Shown: positions 39,001 through 48,859 of the stretch, one piece after another
How positions within the stretch are numbered: the stretch's first letter is position 1
How the letters are laid out: each line of letters begins with the position of its first letter
NCBI GenBank assembly: GCA_002394685.1
Contig: DGUP01000053.1
Coordinates: 14,767 to 78,766 of the forward strand
Direction: 5' to 3'
Length of the DNA stretch: 64,000 nt
Origin: Treponema sp. UBA4307
GTDB lineage: Bacteria > Spirochaetota > Spirochaetia > Treponematales > Treponemataceae
Program-made: the position numbers and the translations under genes
Notes under the pieces: generated by a model
The model's input: the letters and a program-made list of their open reading frames with translations, nothing else
Databases searched by the model: none
What the model was told of the DNA's origin: nothing

Positions 39001-40335
39001 TTGAATTGTTAGGGTAGGATAAACTTCTGAACTGTTTCCGCAAATATAAACTCCGGCACCTTCATTTTCAGCTTTATTTCCTGTAACTACACAGTCCTTG
39101 CCGAATACTATATTTGAACTTCCAATTATTCTGACTCCACCACCTATATCTGAGTATCCGCCTGTAATAGTAAGCTTTTCGATTGTGATTTGTATATTGT
39201 CTGGCGTATTAAAAATAAGATTTGTTCCGTTGCCGCCTGCTGAAAGTTTTATGTCTTTTTCTTCAGCTCCTCGGATGATAATAGACCTTGCTGAAATTTG
39301 GTTAAAATCAATTACTGTTGATTTAGTAATATCAGTAGAAATAGTAATAGTGTAATCAGCATTGGAGTCATCCATTCTCGAGAAGGCTCTTTCAATAGTT
39401 TCTAGAGGAGCATTTTTTGAACCTGAATTAGTATCACTTGCATTTTTACCACCGACATAGAAGTCTTTGATTTTTCCAAATTTTTCACAGAGTTCTCCGG
39501 TAACATATAATCTTGTTCTAGTTTCGCTACTATCAATGCACTCATCATTGCCACTCCATCGGTTTGTTATAAGACCATCAAAAACATTTATGTTCTGGTA
39601 TGTTGTATAACGAGGAACTGAATTTGCATTTTCAGATAAAAAATCAAACCTTATGATATAAGTGCCTGATAGGATATCATTTACATCAATAACCTCAGTT
39701 ACAAATCCATTCTGACCATTGGAGGCTTCAACCTCAAAATTATCAGGGGCGCCATTGGTGGTCCAGCGGTCAACATTTGTAAATACTGTTGCTCTTATTT
39801 TTTTTATTTCTATAGTATTTGTAGTAACACTAAGCTTAACTGCTCCTGTGCCGTTCTGGCTTTGTACAGGATCAAGTTCAACGCAGATATCAGGAATTAC
39901 GGAATTTGTTGAAGTAAGGGTAAAACTTTTACTTTCACCGGAGAAAATTTCTGTTGTGCCGCTTGTGATATTTGCCTTAATTTTGTATGGAACTCCAAAG
40001 CGCAGGTTGTTTACTGTAAAGGCACCTGTGTCCTGATCAAATTCCGCTTCAACTGTCTCTGATGTCTTTTTCTGATTTACAGCGATAATTTTTTTAGTAT
40101 ATGAACTGCTTGTAAGATCTGGTCTGCTGGGGAAGGCTGCACGTCCTGCTGTAGTTTTGGACAGGTCTGTATTCTGTGATAAAATCTTCGCATATTCTTC
40201 CGGGATTGCTCCGCTGATTGTAAGTGTTCCGGAGACCTTACCATATTCATAGCTGTCTATAAAATCATTGCAGGAAGAAAAAAGAAGAGTTGAGATTATT
40301 GCTGCTAAAATTAATTTGTTTTTTTTCATTTTCAT
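36022..40335 (-). CDS. Large surface lipoprotein with beta-helix GGxxY repeats and C-terminal BspA-type leucine-rich repeats
   Basis: Lipobox FSSC; repeated GGGVY/GGAI motifs; TSIGxxAF LRRs; AAGGAG RBS before ATG 40335. Confidence 0.85.
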   Translation of the reverse strand: MKMKKNKLILAAIISTLLFSSCNDFIDSYEYGKVSGTLTISGAIPEEYAKILSQNTDLSKTTAGRAAFPSRPDLTSSSYTKKIIAVNQKKTSETVEAEFDQDTGAFTVNNLRFGVPYKIKANITSGTTEIFSGESKSFTLTSTNSVIPDICVELDPVQSQNGTGAVKLSVTTNTIEIKKIRATVFTNVDRWTTNGAPDNFEVEASNGQNGFVTEVIDVNDILSGTYIIRFDFLSENANSVPRYTTYQNINVFDGLITNRWSGNDECIDSSETRTRLYVTGELCEKFGKIKDFYVGGKNASDTNSGSKNAPLETIERAFSRMDDSNADYTITISTDITKSTVIDFNQISARSIIIRGAEEKDIKLSAGGNGTNLIFNTPDNIQITIEKLTITGGYSDIGGGVRIIGSSNIVFGKDCVVTGNKAENEGAGVYICGNSSEVYPTLTIQAGAKITNNHNFIAKGNAGLDAVGLGVYAENYAKVVMTGGEISGNSAVKVGGNMGHVQGGGVYVCSNGSFEMSGGKIYDNEVTVHEASGAGGGAAYVDSTGNFKISGSAVIPYGITTTDGTEKGEGKNDIMLQNIKDSGTWKQATIQVGTLTGNGTVATITTQTWRRGSPILSGSGLTDAIVERFELSDSDWEKNITDSSSKVRIDSPIYVASTGTRNVCTGAPSDTSGRGTKSAPYQSLSKAFTELTDSSCDYKIYVDGVVNNTTGELGSSCAVASLSIEGATSTAGNNVLNGGNGTDSSYSTSSVVAIGKNIPVTIKNLTIRKGSAENGGGLNVSAGIITLNNVVVTDCKADKGGGIYVGSSGKLDLKNSVQITSNTFKTSSCDGAGLYNLGSVSSYDGYFATNKAGTAGNGGAIFNAASASFYIGGKSTVSQNEAKIGGGIFNGGNLYIGYTYQFTGENPGQKQASFNNSSGNIYKNTASGNGGGIYNSGTVDMRNGMIGSSSGALYKNSAANGGGVFMVSGSFTMTDGSIRGNTATDTSGGGVYMNAGIFTLKGSASILDNSASSGGGVYLFEGTFDMQGGSIGSSTKPNSCSATGNGAGVLVRASNDAIFKMSGGAVVVKENEVYLEGTSVSSITIPGNLEGTAPVATIKLPSYAANRQVLGGEKVSDNYKKFALATTGYYIDSNGFVQEGYFAETPADLESVINSISAGTTTAKIVVNGGTVTEDALSNMRSAFTQLYESYSTGTMVTIDLSKTTFSDNKVPDSAFSNCINLAGVSLPTSIASIGKNAFYLTNLSSISIPSNVTSIGDGAFQGCPLGDVTIPNDSKLVSIGDNAFSSTNIMSINIPSSVTSIGKAAFKQATMLLSVTLPENLTSLGAGAFMGCSGLTSFTVPSKITSIPATLLSGCTRITTITIKGKITSIGAGAFRSCKSVTNINYKDNSQCTETQWKSIDFGSEWRGTGANPLPITATVTFYDGTSKTLEALGTE

Positions 40336-40343
40336 CTTTCTCC

Positions 40344-43300
40344 TTACATGCTGCATTCGTCAATATTTGCAGGCCACCTGTTACCATAATGAAGTACATA
40401 GAATGCTGCACCATTAATAGCATAGCCATTACCAGTATGAATGTCATTTGTTGTTCCAGTGGTGCCATGGAAGCCTGTATCAATATCTGAGTTATTAGAG
40501 TCCATTCCCTGGGAATACTGTTGGCCTTCTCCAATAAATCTCAGATGCCAGTAAGCTCTCATTATCTGATGTTTTTTACCCTTCTTTTTATAGGTCTCAC
40601 GTGCAACTCGATTAAGTGTCATTACTCCATAACGCCATTCATTTGTTCTGAATACTACAGTAGTACCAACCATTTTTGCCCAGCGTTCCTGGTCATAGCC
40701 GACATTTGCATGAGCATTGCAAAGCTGCTCTCCGCTCCATACCCGCCGTCCGCCAATGCTTGTGCCGCCATCATTAATCAAACCTATAATATCTTCATCT
40801 GCTAAATCAGGAAGAGGCTTATCCTGGGTAGGAATAAACTCATAACCTAAACCAATTCTTCCCTCTCCGTTAACATAGCGGGGAATTGTTTCCAGTTGAT
40901 ATACGTCGGTACAGGTTAATTTTATTTTTTCAAACTTCGTCCAGTCACCTTCACAAATTTTTGTACCAAGGTATTTTCTCTCTGGAGTTACAAGAGCGAA
41001 GTCTTCACGGTCGGAAGGAAGAATAAGTGAACTGTCTGTATTAATGCAGGCTCCGTCTGCAAGGTAAACTTTACTGAGTGCAGCTTTTCCCTGGATCGTA
41101 AGTTTTGTATTTGGATTTGAAAGCTTTAATGCATAAGCTGAAGAATTTTCATTATTTATAAGCTGAACATTTTTAATTATTACAGCAGTCTGTGAAGTTA
41201 CATTCAGAATTGTATCTGTTCCGCCGTTGATTGAAGCTGTTGTAGAACTGTCGATTGTTAAAGATGGAATTGTCTTAGAAAGTGTATTTGTTCTTTCTGT
41301 GTTAAGAGTTCCAAGGTTAACATTTCCTTTAATGTGAATTGCTGCAAAGTTTGTTGAGCCTGAATCTTCAAACAGTTTAAGTGCATAACCAAAGGTCTTA
41401 ACCGGTTCAGATTCTTTTGTGCCGCTGTTATGGTCATTTCCGTCTGCAGCAACATAGAATTCATCCACATCACGAATGCCAACATCCAGTTCCTGAGAAT
41501 AAGATCTGTTTTTATAATTACAGCTTACAAAGAGTTTATAGGAACCTGAGCCCAGCTTTTTCATTGTAAAGGAACTTCTTGTACTATCAGGAGTATAAAC
41601 CGGTGAACCATATTCAGTGAGTATGTATGAAAAGTTTGTACATTCATCAGTAATAACAGTTTCTCTTGTTTCCGTTTCTTCGGTCTCTGTTTTTGTTACA
41701 ATAACCTTCATCACTTTTTCTGTGTTGTATGGAACGTACATAGATTCAAGAGCAAAGGTTATTTTTTCTTCAAAATTGATTTTAAAGTTTCCGCCATTTT
41801 GAGCAAGAACTGCTTCTCCGCTGGACTTATCGTAACCAACCCCTTCTACATCACCAATAAAATAAGTTCCTGGTGTTATGCCTTCATTATTACCAGTTTT
41901 ATAGCCGTATGCTTTAGTAAAGGTAATATAATTTCCTGGAGAAGGTACGCTTTCTGTGTTAATACCGATCTTACTTCCTGTAAGCTGGCCGGAAATATTT
42001 ACCTTTATCTGGTCATCACCATTTTTTGCAAGATAAAGGTTTCTCTGATTGTCATCTGAATCTTTGTTGTCGTAGATTACAGCATTTTTAATATTAAGGG
42101 ATGCGTCGCCGCCAATGTATACTGCACAAGGGGTTTCTTCATAATTGCAGATATTACCGCTTATTGTAACTAATCCTTCTGTGCCTAAATAAATTTCTCC
42201 GCTTTCTGCAGAAAGGGCACTTCCTTTATTTTCTGCTGTAATATCCTTTATGTTTCCGTCTGCAAAATTCAAAACGCCTGAATCAACTTTTATACCGGCG
42301 CCTTTAACAGTTACATCTTCCAGTGTAACTTCGGTTCCTGCACAAATCTTCATTGCCAGGTTTTTGCCGCCCGCATTGATTGTATAACCGTTTCCCTGCA
42401 GGTAATAGAGAAGATTATCACTGGAAGAAACGCCTGTTTTTGTAAAGTCTGCAAGAGTTTCTGTTGTGTCACTTGAATCAAGGGTAATATCACTCTGGAG
42501 AATAATAGAATAATTATTATCTGTAGGATCGTTTTCTGCTATCTCGCGAATTTGATCAATACACTTTTGTATTGTGCGGTATGGCCTTTTTGTAGATCCG
42601 TTGTTGCTTCCGTTGTTTCCGCTTTTGCTTACGTAGAAATTGGCGCTGCGGTGAACGGTAAAGGTATTTGCTGAACTTGCACAGTGTTCTTCATCATCTG
42701 CCATATAATCACTGTCTATATATCCTATGCATGAGGCATATGCTTTTACATAGTATTTTCCGATTTCTACTGGAACTGTAACAGGAGCTTTTTTTGTTCC
42801 TTCTGCAATAACTGAACCAGACTGATCATAAACTTCATAAGAGATAGACGGATTTTTGGCAATTTTACTGCCTCCAACCTCAAGTCCGTTTTCGTTATGA
42901 TAATTTTCACCGTCGTGAGAAATTACTAAATCAAAAGTACCTGTCACATCATCTGCAGAATAATCCGTTGCTGTTGAAGTAACATTAACAGATGGCGGTC
43001 GCAAGCGGTCAATAACATTTTCAACAGTAGCAGAAGTGCTAAAGTTCGCATCATCTTTAAGTTTGATTGTATAAGATATGGTGTTTGAAGCAATTTCTGA
43101 ATCTGCATCGATGTCTGTGGTGTAATACAGTGGAAGATAGCCGTCAGCAGAAGAACCGGCCGTAAATACAGATTCTGAGCCGTCAAGATGACATAAAGCA
43201 GGTGGCGGAGTTACAGAAAGTTTAAGTCCTGTTGTATTGCCTTTGGAATCTGTAATTGAAATAGAGCCGCTTGAAAAATCAATATGATAAAGTTCATTGT

Positions 43301-43988
43301 CAATGTACAAATCTTTTGTATCTGCCTGATGAACAGTTCCGCTTAAATTTTTAATGTTGAAACATGCTACAAGATGAGCAGTTTTGCCAGAATTATTTGG
43401 AACCCCCTGGTCACGCTGAATTACAGCTCCCCGCATTCTTGGAGGTGCAGAGTTTACTGCAAGTTCCAGATGATATGGCTCAAATACGCGTTCTGTTTCT
43501 TGTTCAACAATTTTAATTGTACCCGAAATGTTTTTCTGTATGTTACCAGTTGGATTGCCCTCTTCGTCAAGTTCCTGAACTGCCCCCATCTCCAGTTCGT
43601 GGAGAAAGTCGTGGCTAAAGGTCATTGTCATTGATTTACCGTCTTCTGACTGCATAAAAGAGCAGACAGAGTCGGCCTGGAAACGCATGGCTACTTCCTT
43701 ATGGTCAAATTCATACGAAAAAATAAGTTTATAGTGCTGGGGATTTCTAAGGTAAAAGGTTACAGTTTTATCTTCATTACTTTCAACGCATTCAATGCCG
43801 CTGATGTCTATTCCGATTGAATCCGTTTTAAAATCTTTGTCGATTGCTGCGGTCTCTGTGTATTTTACAAAAAAGCCCTCTAAGTCCAGATTAAAAAGAT
43901 CACAGGAAATTAAGGAGAAGGATAAAAATAAACATGTTGTCAGCCCAAACAGGGACTTCAATTTACTATATTTTTTTATACTAAACAT
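40344..43988 (-). CDS. Large surface lipoprotein with repeated YV..GND..G..P modules
   Basis: Lipobox LISC; FYVSKSGNNGSNNGSTKRPYRTI and FYVAADGNDHNSGTKESEPVKT; promoter TTGAAA-N17-TATAAT upstream. Confidence 0.8.
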   Translation of the reverse strand: MFSIKKYSKLKSLFGLTTCLFLSFSLISCDLFNLDLEGFFVKYTETAAIDKDFKTDSIGIDISGIECVESNEDKTVTFYLRNPQHYKLIFSYEFDHKEVAMRFQADSVCSFMQSEDGKSMTMTFSHDFLHELEMGAVQELDEEGNPTGNIQKNISGTIKIVEQETERVFEPYHLELAVNSAPPRMRGAVIQRDQGVPNNSGKTAHLVACFNIKNLSGTVHQADTKDLYIDNELYHIDFSSGSISITDSKGNTTGLKLSVTPPPALCHLDGSESVFTAGSSADGYLPLYYTTDIDADSEIASNTISYTIKLKDDANFSTSATVENVIDRLRPPSVNVTSTATDYSADDVTGTFDLVISHDGENYHNENGLEVGGSKIAKNPSISYEVYDQSGSVIAEGTKKAPVTVPVEIGKYYVKAYASCIGYIDSDYMADDEEHCASSANTFTVHRSANFYVSKSGNNGSNNGSTKRPYRTIQKCIDQIREIAENDPTDNNYSIILQSDITLDSSDTTETLADFTKTGVSSSDNLLYYLQGNGYTINAGGKNLAMKICAGTEVTLEDVTVKGAGIKVDSGVLNFADGNIKDITAENKGSALSAESGEIYLGTEGLVTISGNICNYEETPCAVYIGGDASLNIKNAVIYDNKDSDDNQRNLYLAKNGDDQIKVNISGQLTGSKIGINTESVPSPGNYITFTKAYGYKTGNNEGITPGTYFIGDVEGVGYDKSSGEAVLAQNGGNFKINFEEKITFALESMYVPYNTEKVMKVIVTKTETEETETRETVITDECTNFSYILTEYGSPVYTPDSTRSSFTMKKLGSGSYKLFVSCNYKNRSYSQELDVGIRDVDEFYVAADGNDHNSGTKESEPVKTFGYALKLFEDSGSTNFAAIHIKGNVNLGTLNTERTNTLSKTIPSLTIDSSTTASINGGTDTILNVTSQTAVIIKNVQLINNENSSAYALKLSNPNTKLTIQGKAALSKVYLADGACINTDSSLILPSDREDFALVTPERKYLGTKICEGDWTKFEKIKLTCTDVYQLETIPRYVNGEGRIGLGYEFIPTQDKPLPDLADEDIIGLINDGGTSIGGRRVWSGEQLCNAHANVGYDQERWAKMVGTTVVFRTNEWRYGVMTLNRVARETYKKKGKKHQIMRAYWHLRFIGEGQQYSQGMDSNNSDIDTGFHGTTGTTNDIHTGNGYAINGAAFYVLHYGNRWPANIDECSM

Positions 43989-44245
43989 TTAAACTCCCTG
44001 TTATATTATAATTCGTTATATAGTGGCTTTCAAAGAGTTAAGAGTAAAAAAGTAAAAAAAGTAACGGTTTTCTTCTATAAAATAATCTTTTTTTATAGAG
44101 TCGATTAAATCATACAGTCGATGGCAAAGATTGATTTTATCAGTTCTTGTCCGGACAGGGGGATGTGTGTTATATGATGATTTTTGTACTACAGATATTC
44201 TTCTGAAGTATACAATTTAGTTTCAATAATGTAATATCTAGAACC

Positions 44246-44905
44246 ATGGAAAATTTTGAACATATTTTTTTTGATTTTGACGGAACTATAATGAATACTT
44301 CTGAAGGAGTTTTTGAGGGATTTGATCGGGTTCGGGAATATTTTAATATTGAGCTTGAAGATAAAAGTGTCTATAACACAATGATAGGCCCTCCCTTATA
44401 TGAAAGTTTTGACAGAGTTTTTCATCTGACAGGAAAGAAACTGGAAAAGGGAATAGAAGTATTTCATGATTATTATACTCCCATTGGACTTTACAAATGT
44501 AAGCTGTATGATGAAGTTGCTCCCCTGATAAAAAAATTAAAGGCAGCTGGAAAAAAGATTTATGTTGCTACATCAAAGCCTGAAGTGTATGCCCGTCAAC
44601 TTCTGCAGAAATTTGGAATTGATAGTCTGTTTGATTTTATTGGCGGCGTTGATATGGAAGGTGTCCGTCGTGATAAAATTGATGTAATCCGCTATGTAAT
44701 GGATACTAATAATCTGAACGATGTGAAAGATCAGTGCCTTATGCTGGGGGACACTCACTATGATATTGATGGTGCAAAGCTTGCAGGTTTAAAATCTATG
44801 GGGATTCTCTGGGGCTTTGGAAGTGAAAAATCTCTTCGTGAAAGTGGCGCTGATTATATTGCAAAAGATGCGGCACACGTTTATGAAATTTTAACCGGGA
44901 AATGA
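44246..44905 (+). CDS. HAD-IA hydrolase (phosphatase/nucleotidase)
   Basis: FDFDGT, ATSKP, MLGDTHYDIDGA. Confidence 0.9.
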   Translation: MENFEHIFFDFDGTIMNTSEGVFEGFDRVREYFNIELEDKSVYNTMIGPPLYESFDRVFHLTGKKLEKGIEVFHDYYTPIGLYKCKLYDEVAPLIKKLKAAGKKIYVATSKPEVYARQLLQKFGIDSLFDFIGGVDMEGVRRDKIDVIRYVMDTNNLNDVKDQCLMLGDTHYDIDGAKLAGLKSMGILWGFGSEKSLRESGADYIAKDAAHVYEILTGK

Positions 44906-45014
44906 GTTTATACTTTGTAATCTGCTTTCGAAACAGAAGTGAAAAGTAGGATTGATTAATAATCTGGGAAGTTTTACGATTATTGAAAAAATTAAAAATA
45001 AAGGAAGTGTGTTT

Positions 45015-45914
45015 ATGCTCAAACGAAAATTTTTATTAATAATTGCTTTTGTTTTATCACTTGGTTGTTTTGCTGGAGATTATGATTTAAAAAATGTTCC
45101 GGAAGATTTTATAGGAACTTATATTCCTGTTCAGATGGAAGTTTTTGTAAAAGAATATATGTCATATGAAAAGGCTTTATTTGCCATAGCAAAATCCCAC
45201 TACGATATTTTACTGCTGAATAAAAATATCTGCTATTCTCAGGTTATGTTTGATGATGGTTATGCTGTAAAGTCAGAGGATTTTGAAAAATGGTCTTTTG
45301 TAAAGCGGGGAAATGAAAGATTCATTTTGGACGAAAATGGACTTTCATACAGACGCATATCAACTAAGAGTGATGATTATGACGCTTATGCAGAAAGGAT
45401 TCTTTCATTAATATTTGTAGATGCTTCTCATGATAAAAATATCTGGATATCCGGAAAAGAAGTAAGTATTTATGGACATAAATATTATTTTCAGCTTTCT
45501 CCAAGTTATATGGATGAAGCCCGTGAAAACAATGCATTATATTTATCCGGTTGTCTTCTTAAAATAGAAGGGGTTGGTGCAAAAATCTATTCAGTCGTAT
45601 CTGATGGAAATAGTCGCTGGGGTGATTTGTCACTGGGTAAAGTTGTACAGACTGTTTCTTTATTCTACTGGAATGACGAAAAATACCCTGATTTGAATGT
45701 GTACAAATATAAAGATTCTAAAAGTGATTTGAGACTGTTAAGAAATATCATATATGCAAAACATGGTTATGTTTTTAAGTCTGAAGATTTAAGCAGGATT
45801 TTTGATGCCTTTTACTGGTATGAACCGAATTTTGATTTCTCTGAAGATGATTTTTCAAACTGGGAAAAGAATATCCTTAAAGAAATTAAAAGGTATGAAT
45901 CTGAAAATAAGTAA
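45015..45914 (+). CDS. Secreted YARHG-domain protein
   Basis: Signal peptide; C-terminal LRLLRNIIYAKHGYVF..WYEP; start refined to ATG 45015. Confidence 0.8.
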   Translation: MLKRKFLLIIAFVLSLGCFAGDYDLKNVPEDFIGTYIPVQMEVFVKEYMSYEKALFAIAKSHYDILLLNKNICYSQVMFDDGYAVKSEDFEKWSFVKRGNERFILDENGLSYRRISTKSDDYDAYAERILSLIFVDASHDKNIWISGKEVSIYGHKYYFQLSPSYMDEARENNALYLSGCLLKIEGVGAKIYSVVSDGNSRWGDLSLGKVVQTVSLFYWNDEKYPDLNVYKYKDSKSDLRLLRNIIYAKHGYVFKSEDLSRIFDAFYWYEPNFDFSEDDFSNWEKNILKEIKRYESENK

Positions 45915-45984
45915 TTAGTTCCATCAGATAAATTAGGGAAGACAGTCGTTGAAAAAATCTCCTGGAATTGTTACTATACTGTGC

Positions 45985-47157
45985 ATGAAAGAGATTCAAT
46001 TGAAATACGGCTGTAACCCTAATCAGAAGCCTGCTAGGGTTTATATGGATGAAGGCGATTTACCAGTAACAGTAGTTAACGGTAAACCTGGATACATCAA
46101 TCTGCTGGATGCATTGAATGGCTGGCAGCTTGTTAAAGAACTTAAAGAAGCTACCGGACTTCCTGCTGCAACTTCTTTTAAGCATGTTTCTCCTGCGGGA
46201 GCTGCTGTAGGTAGACCTCTCTCAGATACTCTAAAAAAAATCTACTACACAGATGACGTTGAACTTACCCCTCTGGCTTGTGCATATGCAAGAGCTCGTG
46301 GTGCAGACAGAATGTCATCGTTCGGCGACTTTATTGCCCTTAGCGACAAATGTGATAAGGCAACAGCCCTTCTCATTAAAAAGGAAGTAAGCGACGGAAT
46401 TATTGCTCCTGCTTACGATGATGATGCTCTTGAAATCCTTAAGGCAAAGAAAAAGGGAAATTACTGTGTTCTCCAGATTGATCCTGATTATGTTCCTGCT
46501 GATCTTGAAAAGAAGCAGGTCTTTGGAATTACTTTTGAACAGGGTCATAATTTTATAAAGCTTGATGATGAATGCCTTAAAAATGTAGTTACAGAAAAAA
46601 AGAATATTACTAAAGAAGAAAGAGATAATCTTCTTATTTCACTTATCATCCTCAAATATACTCAGTCAAATTCTGTCTGCTATGTAAAGGATGGACAGGC
46701 AATTGGTATTGGTGCAGGACAGCAGAGCCGCATTCACTGTACAAGACTGGCTGGTGATAAAGCTGATAAATGGTGGCTGCGTCAGTCTCCAAAAGTTCTG
46801 GGATTGCAGTTCCGTGATGACATTAAGCGTGCTGACCGTGATAACACAATCGATGTTTATACAAGCGATGACTATGAAGATGTTCTTGCTGAAGGCGTAT
46901 GGCAGAATTTCTTTAAGGTAAAGCCAGAAGTTTTCACTCGTGAAGAAAGAAAAGAGTGGATTTCAAAAAATACAGACGTTGCTTTAGGAAGCGATGCTTT
47001 CTTCCCATTTGGAGATAACATTGAACGTGCTCATCGTTCAGGGGTTACTGTTATTTCACAGCCAGGTGGTTCTGTTCGTGACGACAATGTAATCGAAACC
47101 TGTAACAAGTACGGAATTGTTATGTCGTTCAGCGGTGTAAGACTTTTCCATCATTAA
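45985..47157 (+). CDS. purH: AICAR transformylase (PurH-like, lacking IMP cyclohydrolase domain)
   Basis: LKYGCNPNQ, SFKHVSPAG, YTQSNSV, GAGQQSR, SDAFFPF, QPGGS; no N-terminal MGS domain. Confidence 0.85.
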   Translation: MKEIQLKYGCNPNQKPARVYMDEGDLPVTVVNGKPGYINLLDALNGWQLVKELKEATGLPAATSFKHVSPAGAAVGRPLSDTLKKIYYTDDVELTPLACAYARARGADRMSSFGDFIALSDKCDKATALLIKKEVSDGIIAPAYDDDALEILKAKKKGNYCVLQIDPDYVPADLEKKQVFGITFEQGHNFIKLDDECLKNVVTEKKNITKEERDNLLISLIILKYTQSNSVCYVKDGQAIGIGAGQQSRIHCTRLAGDKADKWWLRQSPKVLGLQFRDDIKRADRDNTIDVYTSDDYEDVLAEGVWQNFFKVKPEVFTREERKEWISKNTDVALGSDAFFPFGDNIERAHRSGVTVISQPGGSVRDDNVIETCNKYGIVMSFSGVRLFHH

Positions 47158-47436
47158 TCTGATTTTACAGCTAATGCTTAAAAAATAATAAGGCCGGACT
47201 TTTAGAAATGAATCGATTTTCAAATTCTGAAAGTCCGGCTTTTTTATTTTCCAAGCGCTTTTCAAATTTCCACGTCAGAAATTATAAAAGTTGTAATTGA
47301 GTTTGGCGCTAAGTTTGCATCAAAAGTTTTATCGTCAAATACAATTATCTTTTCTTTAAGCTGTGCTAAGCTTTCCCCTTTGCGTTTATCTCCACTAGTG
47401 CGAACAAGTGTAACCTCTGTACCTGTTTTGGAAAAA
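47099..47436. repeat. Approx. 338-bp direct repeat, copy 1 (purH 3' end + hairpin + GH30 3' end)
   Basis: Matches 48523-48859; differences are confined to the intergenic hairpin region. Confidence 0.95.
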
Positions 47437-47593
47437 GAGAATTAATAAAATCGAATATTTATTTTTTATGTAAGATAATAAATATATTCTCAAAATGGAA
47501 TAAAAAAAATTATTCATTTAACTGAAAAAAAAGCACTAAACTGAAAAAAGAAAGACTTGCGTGTAGAAAAAGTTAGAATGATAATTAGATATT

Positions 47594-48496
47594 ATGAAAA
47601 AAAAGAATTTATTATTTATTACTTTTCTTATACCATTGCTGATTCAGGTTTCATGTAAAAATAAACAACCTGAAATTATATATAATACTGAAATACCATT
47701 AGCAGATATAAATGATAAGGAATGGGATTTTTCAAGATTTTATACAACAGGATGTATTGATCATCCAGTAGTACATTTAAAAATAGGAAAGTCGACTTAT
47801 TATTTTTTGGTTGATACAGGTTCTCCTTCGAATCTTTTTTGGGGAATTCCGGATGACTCAATGGAAATAAATGAAGGTGGAAATGTAAAAACTTATGGAA
47901 CTAATATAAAGATTGATAATAATTTTGTCCGTATATGTTTTTCTGATAAATGGTCCAAAGAATTAAAGCAATATTTTAAACCGAATGTTATCGATGGAAT
48001 TATAGGAGAAGACTTTTTACAGAATTATAATAATGTGGTATTTGATTTCAATAACGGAAAAATTTGTTTCGATGCAGAATCTATAAGTGATGATAGTACA
48101 CCATTGTTGTCTTTATCTCCATATTATCCTTGTATTGAATTTACAGCTTCTGGCAAAACAGAATATGGAATAATAGACACAGGTTCATCAGTTTTTTCAA
48201 TTAGAGAAAATTTTGGAGATGGAAAATCTTATTTTAATAGTAAAGAATTTTATGATGCTGCACGTGGAAAAGAGAAGTTAAAAAAGAGTTTTAGAAATAA
48301 TCCAATAATTAAGGATATAAAAATTGTTAATCAAAAATACAAAGAAACATTGGCCTTTGAATGGGATTCGAATTCTATTGTATCGCTTGAGTCAATCCTT
48401 CCATTAAGCCGTAACCTTTCTGGCTTAGGAAATTGTTTTTGGAATGGACACGTAATTCAGTTGGACTTTTATAATAATGTATTTAGAATAAAATAA
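47594..48496 (+). CDS. Lipoprotein with two retropepsin-like lobes (pepsin-like aspartyl protease)
   Basis: Lipobox QVSC; FLVDTGS and GIIDTGS; GIIGEDFL; AT-rich. Confidence 0.8.
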   Translation: MKKKNLLFITFLIPLLIQVSCKNKQPEIIYNTEIPLADINDKEWDFSRFYTTGCIDHPVVHLKIGKSTYYFLVDTGSPSNLFWGIPDDSMEINEGGNVKTYGTNIKIDNNFVRICFSDKWSKELKQYFKPNVIDGIIGEDFLQNYNNVVFDFNNGKICFDAESISDDSTPLLSLSPYYPCIEFTASGKTEYGIIDTGSSVFSIRENFGDGKSYFNSKEFYDAARGKEKLKKSFRNNPIIKDIKIVNQKYKETLAFEWDSNSIVSLESILPLSRNLSGLGNCFWNGHVIQLDFYNNVFRIK

Positions 48497-48522
48497 TGGA
48501 GCAAGGGAAAATTGCCTAAAAC

Positions 48523-48859
48523 CCTGTAACAAGTACGGAATTGTTATGTCGTTCAGCGGTGTAAGACTTTTCCATCATTAATCTGATTTTACAGCTAATG
48601 CTTAAAAAATAATAATGCCGGATTTTCAGAAATGAATCGATTTTCAAATTCTGTAAGTCCGGCTTTTGTATTTCCCAGTGTTTTTCAAATTTCCACGTCA
48701 GAAATTATAAAAGTTGTAATTGAGTTTGGCGCTAAGTTTGCATCAAAAGTTTTATCGTCAAATACAATTATCTTTTCTTTAAGCTGTGCTAAGCTTTCCC
48801 CTTTGCGTTTATCTCCACTAGTGCGAACAAGTGTAACCTCTGTACCTGTTTTGGAAAAA
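48523..48859. repeat. Approx. 337-bp direct repeat, copy 2
   Basis: See 47099-47436. Confidence 0.95.

Noticed and set aside
44952-48496. Integron cassette model for the AT-rich YARHG and protease genes
   Set aside because: I found no attC-like RYYYAAC...GTTRRRY structures. The only integrase is tied to a tRNA att site.
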